From Vairimorpha necatrix (lineage: Eukaryota): DNA of 64,000 bases. The notes below the pieces were generated by a model. The model was not told where the DNA came from and ran no database searches. It worked only from the letters and a program-made list of their open reading frames with translations. The position numbers were made by a program, and so were the translations under genes. Location: assembly GCA_036630325.1 (NCBI GenBank), contig CP142728.1, forward strand, positions 930,001 through 994,000, written 5' to 3'. How positions within the stretch are numbered: position 1 is the first letter of the stretch; each line of letters begins with the position of its first letter. This document shows, one piece after another, positions 24,539 to 36,491 of this stretch.

Positions 24539-26185
24539 GTACGATCACTAACTTGAAATAATATGACTCTTTTTTACCATCTCTTTCAACTACTCCAAAG
24601 AGCCAAACTCCTCCTACTGGATGTTTACGATTATATTTATTCTTTCCAATCTTTGCCTCATCCATTTCAACTGTTTCACCAGAATTTCCAATGTTTTGGT
24701 AGAATTTTTTAACTAGTACTTCACTAGTTTTTTTTCAATATTCTCCATATAACTTTTTTTATCAATTCTGGTTACGTATGAAATAGTATCCACACTACAT
24801 TTTGATAACCAGAGGTCAATAACCTCGACAAATTTCACTTAAGAAATTTTTACATGACTAAATATTGTACCTTTCCAAACATTAATATGTTTTTTATATA
24901 GTGGACATTTTTTATTTGTACATTTCATATATTTATACTTATATTTTGTATATGATGTAAGCTCTTCATTGCACATTTTACAACCGCTAAGTTGTAAGTT
25001 TTTAATTTGTTGGATTATTTTCTCTTCAATCTCTCTTTTCCTCAACTTTTGGAATTTCATTTTTTGGGGTGAAAAAATGAAAATTTGAAGACATCAAAAA
25101 AGGTGAATTTCGGTTTGAAGCTCCAAATAAAATTTATGGTTGACCATCTCATGATTAAACCCAAGCATATTTTGAATTTCAAGATAAGCAGCCCAGCTGT
25201 CAGAATAAATGGTTGTGCCGGGCATGCATACATCGGTGATTATTGGATAGAAAGTATTTCTTGTTCTATTATGAACAATTTTTAAACTGAATCTTGCAAG
25301 GCTGATGCTTGTATCAATGATTCAGAATACCCATACCTGCCCACTTGACCACCTACCGCGATTATATTTTGTTTTGTGTACAAACGGGCTTTCATCTATT
25401 TGGCATATTTTGCCTGGACCACCTAGTCTAATAGGGTTCTCAACAAAATATTTGCCCACAAGAGTTCAAAATTTTCCAAATATCTTTGTGATCATCATTT
25501 TTTGAATGCAAAAGTCATTAGCTATATCCATAAACTGTTTGTCTGCTGCCCAAAGATAAATGACAGTAAAAACATCGATTATAGGCATTCTAAAATCCTT
25601 AAAAAAGGAACCATGTCTAATGCTTAAAGGGCTGCTATACTTCGGACACAACTTATTTTTGCATGTCCAACAGCGACCATCTACAGTTTCTTTTGGTCTT
25701 TCAACCATTTTCAATCCACAAACGCAACAAGACATTTCATTGAGAAGCATTTTCTTTTCCCTAAGGTATTGTATGTGCTTCTGTATACTCATTTGTCGGA
25801 ATATCATAAAGTTATCGAAGTCAGAAAGTTCTCTTCGACCCATTAAATGGTTAGAAACTTGCTTTTGAAAATTCAAAAAATTGATAAAAAACTTAAGTCC
25901 ATTATATGGCCAGAGTTTTGATTTAAGTCCATTATATGTCCAAAATTTATAATCCTGGGATATAATGAACTTAATCCAGAAGAAGTCTTTACCGTTGGGA
26001 ATACAGTTTAAATAAAGAGCGAAAACGTGACAAAGGGAAAACCGAGATATTGGAAAAAAGGATGTATTCCCAGTGATTTGGAAGGAAATTCATATTTAAT
26101 TAAAATTGGTACTAAGTCTTACAAAAGACATGCCTCGCAATTAAAAAGACTAGTGGACGAGGAGCTAATTCGAAAGTGGGAGGGA

Positions 26186-26249
26186 TGTTGATTATAAATA
26201 ATAAAATAAATAAACCCCTATTCAATGATAAATCCATATTCGAACAGCA
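26186..26249 (+). repeat. 3' LTR (64 bp) of element 2
   Basis: Preceded by a polypurine tract and followed by the CCACC TSD. Confidence 0.92.
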
Positions 26250-26282
26250 CCACCAATAGGAAAAAAATCAATAATTGTGTTT

Positions 26283-26388
26283 AAAAAAAATAAAAAAAAT
26301 GAAAATTTTTATTGTAAAAGGACAGAATCAGCAAAACGAAGAAAAGCCACCAAGCCACCAAAAATTCCACCAACCTGAAAAACATCAA
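26283..26388 (-). repeat. Short LINE 3'-end fragment with T-rich tail
   Basis: ~105-bp copy of the terminal part of the 3' UTR (GACAGAATCAGCAAAACGAAGAAAAGCCACCAAGCCACC). Confidence 0.8.
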
Positions 26389-29300
26389 TAAAAAAATAAA
26401 AATAATAATAAAAATAAAAATGTATATTGTAAAAAAAGACATCCAGAATCAAAACAAACGTTCCTAAATCATCATAATAAGTTCCATATAATAGGAGGCC
26501 AAATCCATTCAAAGAAAAATACATTCAAATAAAGGAAATAAATAGATGGGATACAGAATGATATGAAAAATCAGCAAAAACGAAGAAAAGCCCCCCAAAA
26601 CTCCACTGCTAAGGAAAAATCATCAATAATCGCGCTTTCGCGCCAGCACACCTTTACGGCCTCGCTTGTAGTAGAAAAACTTGTTCTATGGGACAACAAA
26701 TTCTAGTCAACGATGACTAGATCCACCAGAGGTGGTGTGTGTGAAAACGACATCGTCTGGCTCAATACACCATTTAAGAACACAACTCAGTTCAGCGGAA
26801 CAAATAAAGCATCAGTATCATGCTTGAACCCTCCCAGGTCAATTATATAAATATATAAATTTTGTCGTTAACAAATTAACTAAATTTTTCTTCCATTTCT
26901 GGGTATTTACTTTTTTAAGAAATCTTCATTAATTATTCATGTGATTGTTGAGCTCCTTGAGTTTGTTATTGAATAGTATCGCTCTGGAGACAACCATCTT
27001 GTCTAGGAACTCAATGATCAAGCAGAGTTCTTTTATATGTTCCGGATTATTTTTCAACCCAATCTTATTACCAAGAAGTTGCTTTGTTTTTTCTTGGTTA
27101 TTTGTTTGTGAACATGTTAGTAGAGGCAGTTTATTTCGCCGCGATGATCTTATTTCGTTTAATGACGAGCACTCAAACAGGAAGTGTTCTAAATTTTCTT
27201 GTGGTCCATCACACAAAAAGCACATCATTCTATAACTCACTGGAATTCTCTTTGCATTGGCTATTGAGGAGGACCACCTTACTAGATTACATCTTAATCT
27301 AGTGTATGTTCTTATCTTTCTATTGTTGACTTTGTTTATGACATATTTCAACTGTGAGCTTCTTATGTCATAAATATCTGCTATTGATGCAGCTACAGAA
27401 GTATTTATCGTTCTCCTTCTTCTTAGTACATCAGTTGTTTTTGTAGAAACAGATACATTGTTCTTGTTTCATAGTCGTTACCGACGAATCTTTTTAACCA
27501 CCTTTGCGTTCTTGTAGACCAGGTGGTTTTTCTTTCTCTCGGATTGATTGAAATTATATCTGAGATTATGGTTTTATTGTGTTTCCACTTGTTGTATGCT
27601 CTAAAGCTACTTAAAGCTGCTTGTATATGAATTCGTTCTATACTGAACTCATCCAATAATCTATCTAGGGGAACTAATACCTGTTGGAATATCATCCCCA
27701 ATGATTTCCTTAAGATCCTATTGATCTTACCTGCTCTTGTACTAGACATTCCCCAAAGTTCATTGCCATACATTAGTGTGGGAACTAGTACACATTTTGT
27801 CAAGATCGCCTTAAATAATATGTTGATACCATTATTTAATAACTTTGGCATCAGGGCGTCTAGGGGTTTCGAGCCACGCATTGCCGCGTCTCTGACCAAA
27901 TGTTCTTCAAGTGTGTTTCCTTTATTAAAACACATAGATATCTATATTCTGTGACTTCTTCAATCACGCCAAAGTCTGTATTGATGGAATATAAACTTCT
28001 AATTTCTTGAATATTAGAGTTAACATTCCATTCTAATACTCCACTCTTCTTGCAGTTAATTTTCATTCTGTTGTCAACTGCACATTTCGAAATTCTTTTG
28101 ATCTTATTTTCTAGATCATCAATATTGTTTCCAAAGACAACGATATCATCGGCGAACATCAGTCCTGAAACTCTTGTATTTGATCTTGGGATCAAGACAC
28201 CATCTATGCCGTCAAAAATATCATTGATAAATATATTGAACAGCATTATAGAACAAGGGCATCCTTGTCTCACTCCTTTTCTGTAGCCATAGCCACTTGA
28301 ATTTTCTCCGGCGATTTTTATTGGCATGGTGGTGTTTTTATAGATATTCTTTATTGTATTTATCAAATACCTGGGGATATCTAGATTTTCTAGCTTACTA
28401 AATAATAAGTCATGACTTACATCATCATAAGCTTTCTCAAAGTCTATGAAACACATCACTGTGTTCACGCCTCTGAATTCTCTTCTTCTTACTACTTCAA
28501 GTAGGAGAGTAAATTGGTTCATACATTCTTCACCTTCTCTAAATCCTGCTTGGTATTTAGAGATGATGTTATTTTCTTTAACAAATTGGGTCAATCTGTC
28601 GTTAATTATCTTGAGATAGATCTTGCTAATTGTGTTTATTTTGGAGTTTCCCGTATAATTATTCAGATCTGTCTCTTCTCCTTTTTTGTGGAGACAAATC
28701 ATGTTTGCCATACTCCAGTATTTTGGTAGGGTTTCTCCACTAATGTATTTATTAAATTCATATAGCATGAATTTAAAGAATTTTTCTTCTACTGCTCTAG
28801 TCAGTAAGTGTTTGTATAGCTCGGTTGGAATCTCATCAGGACCGGCAGCTTTGTTGTTTCCGCATTTCTTCAGTGCGGATAGAAATTCTTCATCTGTTAT
28901 CTCTGGGGGAAGATCAAAAAAATCTACTTTATCATAGGCATTGACATCTATATCATTCTCTGACGATAATTCGGCGTAAAATTTATTCGCTATTTCTAGC
29001 TTCTTTGCTCGGCAAGTCTGAAGAAGCTTATTGTGGTCAATTAGAGTTACTTGATCCAAACGAATGGAAACACTTCTATTTTTCAGCCATTGCCAGAATT
29101 CTCGGGATCTATTACTTTTAAAGAGCTTTATTCCTTTTAAAACCCAAAGTTTCGATCTATCTTTGCGAATAAATTTCTTCGTATCCTCTACTCTCTTTTT
29201 GATATCTACGAGCCGGGCTAAATTGATTTCATTGTGATTTTTCATAACCGCTTTTGCTGCTAAACGCTTTTCTTTGAAGACTTTTAAGTATCTCCATCTC

Positions 29301-32279
29301 ATTGTAAGTCCAGTGTGGACCCTTTTCTTTTTGTAGATCTTTAAAGATGTACAAGCTTTTTTAATAATCTCGGGAAGATTATTCATACTTAATTGTTGAT
29401 TACTCAACTTCATTTTAAGCCTTTTAATCACTTTCGGATTTTCCAGCATCTTTTTATCATAGACTAGTTGATCAGAGATCTTATCAACAGTTAGTGAGAT
29501 ATATTTTTTGAGCACTAAGTGATCACTTAGTACCCAAGACTTTGATATAATGATCTTCTCATTATCGTATTCTTTCAGCCTAAAGATGGTATCAATTTTT
29601 CTCTTAGATCTTTTCCCATCTTTGAGAATCCTTGTACCATCTTTGCTGTTATACTTCATCGTAACTGGTAAACCAATTACTACTAGTTTTTTCTTGAGAG
29701 AAGAACTCTGCATATTCATATCTCCCATTACTATAATTTCACTATAATAGTTTCTGAATTTCTCTTTTTCTAGAAGAGACAAAAGTCTGGCAAGCACCTC
29801 CCTTTTGAGATCCCTGTCTTGTGGTATGTAGACATTTAAGATTAAGTATTTAATCCACTTGCCTTCTGATCTAAACTCAACCACTGTTTGCAGAATGTTT
29901 GAGTCAGTTCCCTTTTTGCTACATCTAATAGCTCCAGTGTTTCTCACCAGAGTTATTAACCCTGGTTTATTTTTTCCACTGCTTGGTGTTTCAACAGCAG
30001 TGTATTTTTCTAGTCTAAGGGATCTATTAGATTGTCTCCAAGTTTCCTGTAGACACATAATTTCTGGTTTCTCCTTCTTAAGAAGAAACTCAAGTTCTTC
30101 TCTCTTGTGGGAGAGATGGTTGATGTTGAGACTTAAGAGTTTTATCTTCTCTCTAATCTCTTTTATTGTTTTATTAGTTTTTTCTAATCCTTTTCTGTTA
30201 TCATTTAAAACTTTATAGCCTTCAGCTTTAATAATCTTAATCAATAAATTTTTATGTGTTTTTTCAACTACTATCTTTGTTAATGACGCATTTCTACGTC
30301 TAAACTTTCGTATTGTAAAAATGGCAGAATCTAATTCAGACTCTCTATTTACAAGACATTTTCTTAGGTCTTTACAATCGACGGGAATTCTTTGCATATT
30401 AACTATACAGAAATTTTCTTGTAGTTTTCTAGTCCATAGATTTTTCCGCGTATAAAATGAAGTTATGCACTTCATCCTTCTACGGCTTCTGAAAGCTCCA
30501 AAAGGTTTATTTAATCCTGTAGGATTAGTGATTTTTTTATTTAATAAAGATAATAAATATTGAATTTTGAAAGAGAAATATCTCTTGTAAAACTTAGACT
30601 TTAAAAGAATATCAACTTTATTCATTTTTAGAGTCCTTCATTTTCCGGGCAGGTTCACCCATCATACTATGTAGGTAGATAAAATTTTTATATGCTAAAT
30701 TCTCACTACCTAAATTCTTCTTTATGTACTTACAAGCTTCCGTAAGTGGTATAAAATTTTTATTAATTCTAGAAACCCATAGAAGCTCCTCCAGAATTAA
30801 ATCCTTCTTTGATTTCAGAAAGTCCACCATAAATGTCTCGTCATTACAGACATATGCCTCTGGGATTTCGTCCAAGAGATTTTTTACTGCTCTTTCGCAG
30901 GTACCTTCTCTGAGCATCAAGAGAATAGACTCTTCATCTCTAAACTGCTTTAAGAGTGGGATGTCTTTTCTCTCAATAGTGAGTAGAGCAGCCCAAGCGT
31001 CTCTAGCTTGGTGCTCCTTCCATACTCCCAGACCTCCTACCAATACAAATTTAAATTTGCATTTGGATATAGGACATCCACCTCTAATAATTTTAATGAG
31101 AGCTTCTTTAGAAAGCCCTTTTGCCCTGTTCTTCTGAGGTTGAACTGGGTTTATTTTCTTGCCAGATTTCTCTTGGGATTCCTTCTTAGCCATTTTGGGG
31201 CTTGAATTTTTCTTTTCTTTGATGGAATTTTTTTTCTCGCCTAGTGACATTGTTAGGCTTTCCTTTTTGTGAAATTTAATACACTTCCCTAGGTTTTCTA
31301 CTTTAATAGAAGTAAATCTATTAAGTTCTTTTAATTTAGTATGTTTAATACTAGAGTTTTTATTAAGACCAAATTGCATCTTTGGCTTAAAGGTATGTCT
31401 GACAGACTTCCATCCATCTTTATTGATTTGGTATAGCTTAACTCCATTCTTTGGAGCTTTGCTTCTACCAGATATTATTGCTGAGATAATTTTAAGATGA
31501 TTATCTACTGCTTTCTTATTTATGTCAGCTACATCGAGCTTAACATTATTGGTATTTACAACTTCATTAGTTATATTTTTACTTTCTTTAGAGACTTCAA
31601 TTGTTTCTAAACACATTCTTTTGCCATATTCTGACAATCTATCTTCTTCTTCTACTTTAGAGGCAGATTCGAGATTTTTGACATTAATTAAAAAATCTTC
31701 ATTTATGATTTCTAAATTAGAAACATCATTCTTTCCAGTAGCTAACTGAAGGGTTTCGCTACTGGTGACATTTGGAACATTGGAGTTAATATCCTTTTGT
31801 TCTACATGTTCTTTTGAGTGATTCTCTATCATCATCTCAATTTTGTTCTTTGATGCTTCAGTAATTTGATCACTGTCATCCATCAAATTATTTTTAATCA
31901 AATTTTTTAATTTCATTTTTTGTTTTTCTAGCTTATCGTGGGAGAGCTCCAGATATGTCTGCTGAATCGTTACTAATTCAGTAGTACTAGATATAAACTT
32001 TTTAAGATCATTAAGATCTTTTCTACTTTTATTTTTTGACATGTCCAAAAAATCATTTTTACAAATTCTTTCTGAAAGAATTTTAATTTTTTTAAGAAAA
32101 TATTTCATCTCTCCATCTTTTTTGAAAGTAACGCTAGAGTTACCATCATCAGCATAAACATGCTTAATATGTTCTGTTAAATACATTTCTGTATCTAACT
32201 TGTTGTTTTGACCATCATAGTGGTCACTTGTGGCACTACTGTGCTCGCTCCTGCTTTTTTCCTCTTTACCCTTCATCAT
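26389..32279 (-). mobile_element. APE-RT non-LTR retrotransposon (LINE subfamily A, copy 1), near full length
   Basis: ORF1, then ORF2 with APE (LQETW, MGDMN, SDH), RT (GVRQGCP, FADD) and C-terminal CFLC...EHFLFEC. Structured 3' UTR. Confidence 0.93.
26929..30625 (-). pseudogene. LINE ORF2 (APE endonuclease-RT-Zn knuckle), split by a frameshift and a stop
   Basis: ORFs 27860-30625, 27423-27935 and 26929-27351 are collinear with the A2 copy. Confidence 0.9.
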
Positions 32280-33071
32280 GTTTAGACTTAAGAGTTTTAT
32301 GTTCTCTTTGGTCTTTTTATTTACTTTACTAGATTTCTCTAGTTCTTTTCTATTATCATTTAAAACTTTAAAGCCTTTAGCTTTAACTGTCTTAATCAAT
32401 AAATTTGCGTATAGTTTTTCAACTATTATTTTTGTAAAAAACGTGTCTCTTCGTCTATACTTTCTTGCTGTAATGATGGAATTCTCCAAAAGAGAGTTCT
32501 TCTTACATAAGTCTTTGAGGAGATCTTTCACTCCATAAGGAATTCTTTGTATCTTGACAATACAATATTGTTCTTGTACTTTCTTCCACCACATATTCTT
32601 TCTAATAGAAAAATATTTGAGACTATTCAGTCTCCTTGGTGTTTTAAAAGTATTTTTTAATTTATTATAACCAATTGGATTATGAGTTTTTTTATTTAAA
32701 GATTTAAAAATATCACTTTTGTTATAGGAAAATAATTTCCTATAAAAACAGAACTTTAACAAGGATACTTTATTCATTATAAAGTCCTTAGATTCTCGGG
32801 CAGGCTCACCCATCATATTTTCTAAATAAATGAAATATCCATGGTTTGGCTTTTCTTTATTTAATTCTTTAGTTATGTACCTACATGCTTTAACAAGTGG
32901 TACAAAGTTTTTATGCGTTCGAGAGAATCTTTGTAGTTCTCCTAGAACAGTTGTTTTTGTTAAAGACAAAAATTCGATGAAGAAATTAACTTCCTCACAG
33001 ATATTAGAACCCACGAACTTTTCTTTAATTTTGCCTAGTACCTTAGGGCACACGTTTTCTCTAATCATCAA
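30618..33071 (-). CDS. Chimeric ORF: paralogous ORF1-end/ORF2-start fragment fused in frame to LINE ORF1 (probable native start ~32279)
   Basis: The first ~265 aa repeat the end of this ORF (FIYL..MMGEPAR) and the start of ORF2 (MNKV..., IKLLSLN). The rest is Lys-rich ORF1-like sequence. Confidence 0.7.
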   Translation of the reverse strand: MMIRENVCPKVLGKIKEKFVGSNICEEVNFFIEFLSLTKTTVLGELQRFSRTHKNFVPLVKACRYITKELNKEKPNHGYFIYLENMMGEPARESKDFIMNKVSLLKFCFYRKLFSYNKSDIFKSLNKKTHNPIGYNKLKNTFKTPRRLNSLKYFSIRKNMWWKKVQEQYCIVKIQRIPYGVKDLLKDLCKKNSLLENSIITARKYRRRDTFFTKIIVEKLYANLLIKTVKAKGFKVLNDNRKELEKSSKVNKKTKENIKLLSLNMMKGKEEKSRSEHSSATSDHYDGQNNKLDTEMYLTEHIKHVYADDGNSSVTFKKDGEMKYFLKKIKILSERICKNDFLDMSKNKSRKDLNDLKKFISSTTELVTIQQTYLELSHDKLEKQKMKLKNLIKNNLMDDSDQITEASKNKIEMMIENHSKEHVEQKDINSNVPNVTSSETLQLATGKNDVSNLEIINEDFLINVKNLESASKVEEEDRLSEYGKRMCLETIEVSKESKNITNEVVNTNNVKLDVADINKKAVDNHLKIISAIISGRSKAPKNGVKLYQINKDGWKSVRHTFKPKMQFGLNKNSSIKHTKLKELNRFTSIKVENLGKCIKFHKKESLTMSLGEKKNSIKEKKNSSPKMAKKESQEKSGKKINPVQPQKNRAKGLSKEALIKIIRGGCPISKCKFKFVLVGGLGVWKEHQARDAWAALLTIERKDIPLLKQFRDEESILLMLREGTCERAVKNLLDEIPEAYVCNDETFMVDFLKSKKDLILEELLWVSRINKNFIPLTEACKYIKKNLGSENLAYKNFIYLHSMMGEPARKMKDSKNE

Positions 33072-33113
33072 AAGTACTACTTCCGAATCTTTAAATTGTT
33101 TTATAAGTGGTAT

Positions 33114-36100
33114 AAAAAATAAAATTGTTTATTGTAAAAAAGACAGAATCAGCAAAACGAAGAAAAGCCTCCAAGCCACCAAAAACTCCACTAATAAAGA
33201 AAAAATCATCAATAATTGCGTTTACACGCCAGCATACCTTAACGGCCTCGCTTGTAGGAGAAAAGTTTGTTCCCATAGGACACATCCTTAGTCATAATAT
33301 GACTAGAGACCCACTTTCATGGGTCTAATGAAAAACGAAAACGCCTGGCTCAATGCACCATTTAAGAACACGACTCAGTTCAGCGGAACAATACAGCATC
33401 AGTATCATGCCCGACCTCTCCCAGGTCAAATATAATTAAATATAAGTCTTTTTGTTAATAAATCAACGTCTCTTTCTTCTATTTCTAGATCTTCATTTTT
33501 TTAATTATTCATATTAATTACCTTGTTTCGTTATCTCCTTAAGTTTCTTTTCAAATATAATTCTTCTAGAGACAACCATTCTATCTAAGAACTCTATAGT
33601 CCAACAAAGTTCTTTTATCTTATCTGGGTTGTTTCTTAATCCGATTTTATTACCAAGAAGTAATTTGGTTTTTTCTTGGTTATTTGTTTTTGAACAAGTC
33701 AGTAGAGGCAGTTTATTTTCAAAAGATGATCTAATGTCAGTTAAACAGACGCACTCCAGCAGAAAGTGTTCTAAATTTTCTTGTGGTCCATCACACAAAA
33801 AGCATTTATTTCTATAACTCATAGATATTCTTTTTGAATTGGTTATTGCTGAGGACCACTTTACTAGATTACATCTCAATCTAGTATATGTTCTAATTTT
33901 TCTATTGTTTATTTTGTTCATGACATATTTTATTTGTGAATTTCTTATGTCATATTGATTTGCTATTGATGCAGCTAAGGAAGTATTTAGAGTTCTCGAC
34001 TTCTTAGTACATCAATTATTTTTGTAGTGATAAATCTACTATCACTTGATTCATATTCGTTGCCAACAAATCGTTTTAACCATCTTTGTGTTCTTGAACA
34101 CCAGGTAGTTTTTCTTTCTTTCGGATAAATTGAGATTATATTCGATATGATTGTCTTATTGTGTTTCCACTTGTTGTATGCTCTAAATCTACTTAAAGCT
34201 GCTTGTATATGAATTCGTTCGATACTGAACTCGTCCATTACTCTATCTAGTGGAACTAATACTCTTTTGAATATCATTCTGATAGATTTTCTTAAGATCC
34301 TGTTAATCTTACCTGCTCTTGTACTTGACATTCCCCACAGTTCACTACCATACATTAGTGTGGGTACTAGTACACATTTGATTAAGATCGCCTTGAAGTA
34401 AAGGTTGATGCTATTATTCATCAACTTGGGCATCAAGGCGTCTAAGGCTTTCTTGCCACGCATTGTTGCGTCTTTGACCAAATGTTCTTCTAGCGTGTTT
34501 CTTTTAATTAAGACACCTAGATATCTGTATTCAGTGACTTCCTCAATCACACCAAAGTCTGTACTGAGAGAATACAAACTTCGGAATTCTTGTATGTTAG
34601 AATGAGCAGCCCATTCTAATACTCCGCTTTTTGAGCAGTTAATCTTCATTCTGTTATTAACTGCCCAATTAGAAATTCTATTGATCTTATTATTAAGATC
34701 ATAAATGTTGTTTCCGAAGACAACAATATCATCTGCGAACATCAGTCCCGGAGCTCTCGTATTTGACCTTGGGATCAAAACTCCTTCTATGCCATTAAAA
34801 ATATCATTGATGAATATATTGAATAGCATTGGAGAACAAGGGCACCCTTGTCTCACTCCTTTTCTGTAGCTATAACCACTTGACGTGTCACCACCAATTT
34901 TCACACGCATAGTGGTATATTTATAAATATCCTTTATTGTATTGATTAAATACAATGGGATATTAAGTTTTGTAAGCTTCTCAAATAATAAGTCATGACT
35001 TACATTATCATAAGCTTTTTCAAAGTCAATGAAACACATTATTGTGTTCAGGCCTCTGAATTCTCTTCTTCTCACTATTTCTAGTAGAGATGTAATCTGA
35101 TTCATACACTCTTCACCTGCTCGGAATCCTGCTTGGTATCTAGAGAGTATATCTTGTTCTTCGACAAATTGAGTTAACCTGTCATTTATTATCTTGAGAT
35201 AGATCTTACTAATTGTGTTAATTAAGGAGATTCCCCTATAATTATTCAGATCTGTCTCATCTCCTTTTTTGTGAAGGCAAATCATGTTTGCCATGCTCCA
35301 ATATTCTGGAGGACTATTTCCACAAATATATTTATTAAATTCATGTAGCACGAATTTAAAGAATTTATCTTTTACTGCTCTAGTCAGTAAGTGTTTGTAT
35401 AGCTCGGTTGGAATCTCATCAGGACCGGCAGCTTTGTTATTTCCACATTTCTTCAGTGCGGATAGAAATTCTTCATCTGTTATCTCTGGGGGAAGATCAA
35501 CAAGATCTACTTTATCATAGACATTGACATCTATATCATTCTCTGACGCCAAATCAGCGTAAAATTTATTCGCTATTTCTAGCTTCTTTGCTCGACAAGT
35601 CTGAAGTATCTTATTGTGGTCAATTAGAGCCACTTGATCCAAACGAATGGAAACACTTCTATTTTTCAGCCATTGCCAGAATTCTCGGGATCTGTTACTT
35701 TTAAAGAGCTTTATTCCTCTTAAAGCCCAAAGTTTCGATCTATCTTTGCGAATCAACTTTTTAGTTTCGTCTACTCTCTTTTTGAGATATTCGAATCTAA
35801 TTGAGTTGATTTCGTTGTAATTTTTCATAACAGCTCTTGCTGCTAGACGTTCTTCTTTGAAGACTTTTAAATATCTCCATCTCATTGTAAGTCCAGTATG
35901 GACTTTTTTCTTTCTGTAAATCTTTAACGATGTACAAACTTTTTGAATAATCTCAGGAAGATTATTCATGTTTAATTGTTGATTACACAACTTCTTTTTA
36001 AGCTTTTTAATCACTTTTGGATTTTCCAGCATTTTCTTATCATAAACTAGTTGATCTGAGATCTTATCAACGGCAAGTTTAATTTTTCTTTTGAGCACTA

Positions 36101-36491
36101 AGTGATCACTTAATACCCAAGACTTGGATATAATGATCTTCTCATTATCATTACTTTTTAGTCGAAAGATGGTATCAGTTTTCCTCTTAGATCTTTTACC
36201 ATCTTTGAGGATCCTTGTACCATCGTTGCTGTTATATTTTATTGTAACTGGCAAACCAACTACATTTAGTTTTTTCTTGAGACTAGAACTCTGCATATTC
36301 ATATCTCCCATCACTATGATCTCACTATAGTTATTTCTGAAATTCTCTTTTTCTAAAAGAGAAAGTAATCTGGCCAAGGTCTCCCTCTTGAGATCCTTGT
36401 CTTGTGGTATGTAGACATTTAAGACTAAATACTTAATCCATTTGCCTGCGGAACTAAACTCAACTACGGTTTGCAGGATGTTTGAGTCTGT
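33114..36491 (-). mobile_element. LINE subfamily A copy 2, 5'-truncated within the APE domain
   Basis: ORF 33987-36593 matches A1 ORF2 from DSNILQTVVEF onward (YRGISL, QGCPCSP, FADD). C-terminus 33514-33921 is frameshifted. 3' UTR module at 33130-33428. Confidence 0.93.

Larger units (their letters stand above)
21346..25115 (-). mobile_element. Merlin element with ~85-bp TIRs, interrupted by Ginger2
   Basis: Inverted repeats 21346-21430 / 25035-25115. Fragments MKFQKL... and MDEAKIGKNKYNRKHPVGGVWLFG. No clear TSD. Confidence 0.8.
21021..25977 (-). mobile_element. Merlin element, interrupted
   Basis: TIRs GGAT(C/T)AAGT(C/T)CATTAT with TSD AGAAGAAG. Subterminal TAAGTCCATTATATG repeats. N-terminal zinc-finger ORF 25466-25876. 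Confidence 0.88.
15059..26249 (+). mobile_element. Ty3/Gypsy LTR retrotransposon 2 (decayed, five nested DNA transposons)
   Basis: 64-bp LTRs TG...CA, 5-bp TSD CCACC, TGGTGG PBS-like sequence, PPT AAAGTGGGAGGGA. Gag, PR (FDAGS), RT (TKLDLKDGF), RNase H and IN fragments. Confidence 0.93.

Noticed and set aside
28050-36330. Plus-strand ORFs opposite LINE ORF1/ORF2
   Set aside because: Antisense shadows with no independent motifs.
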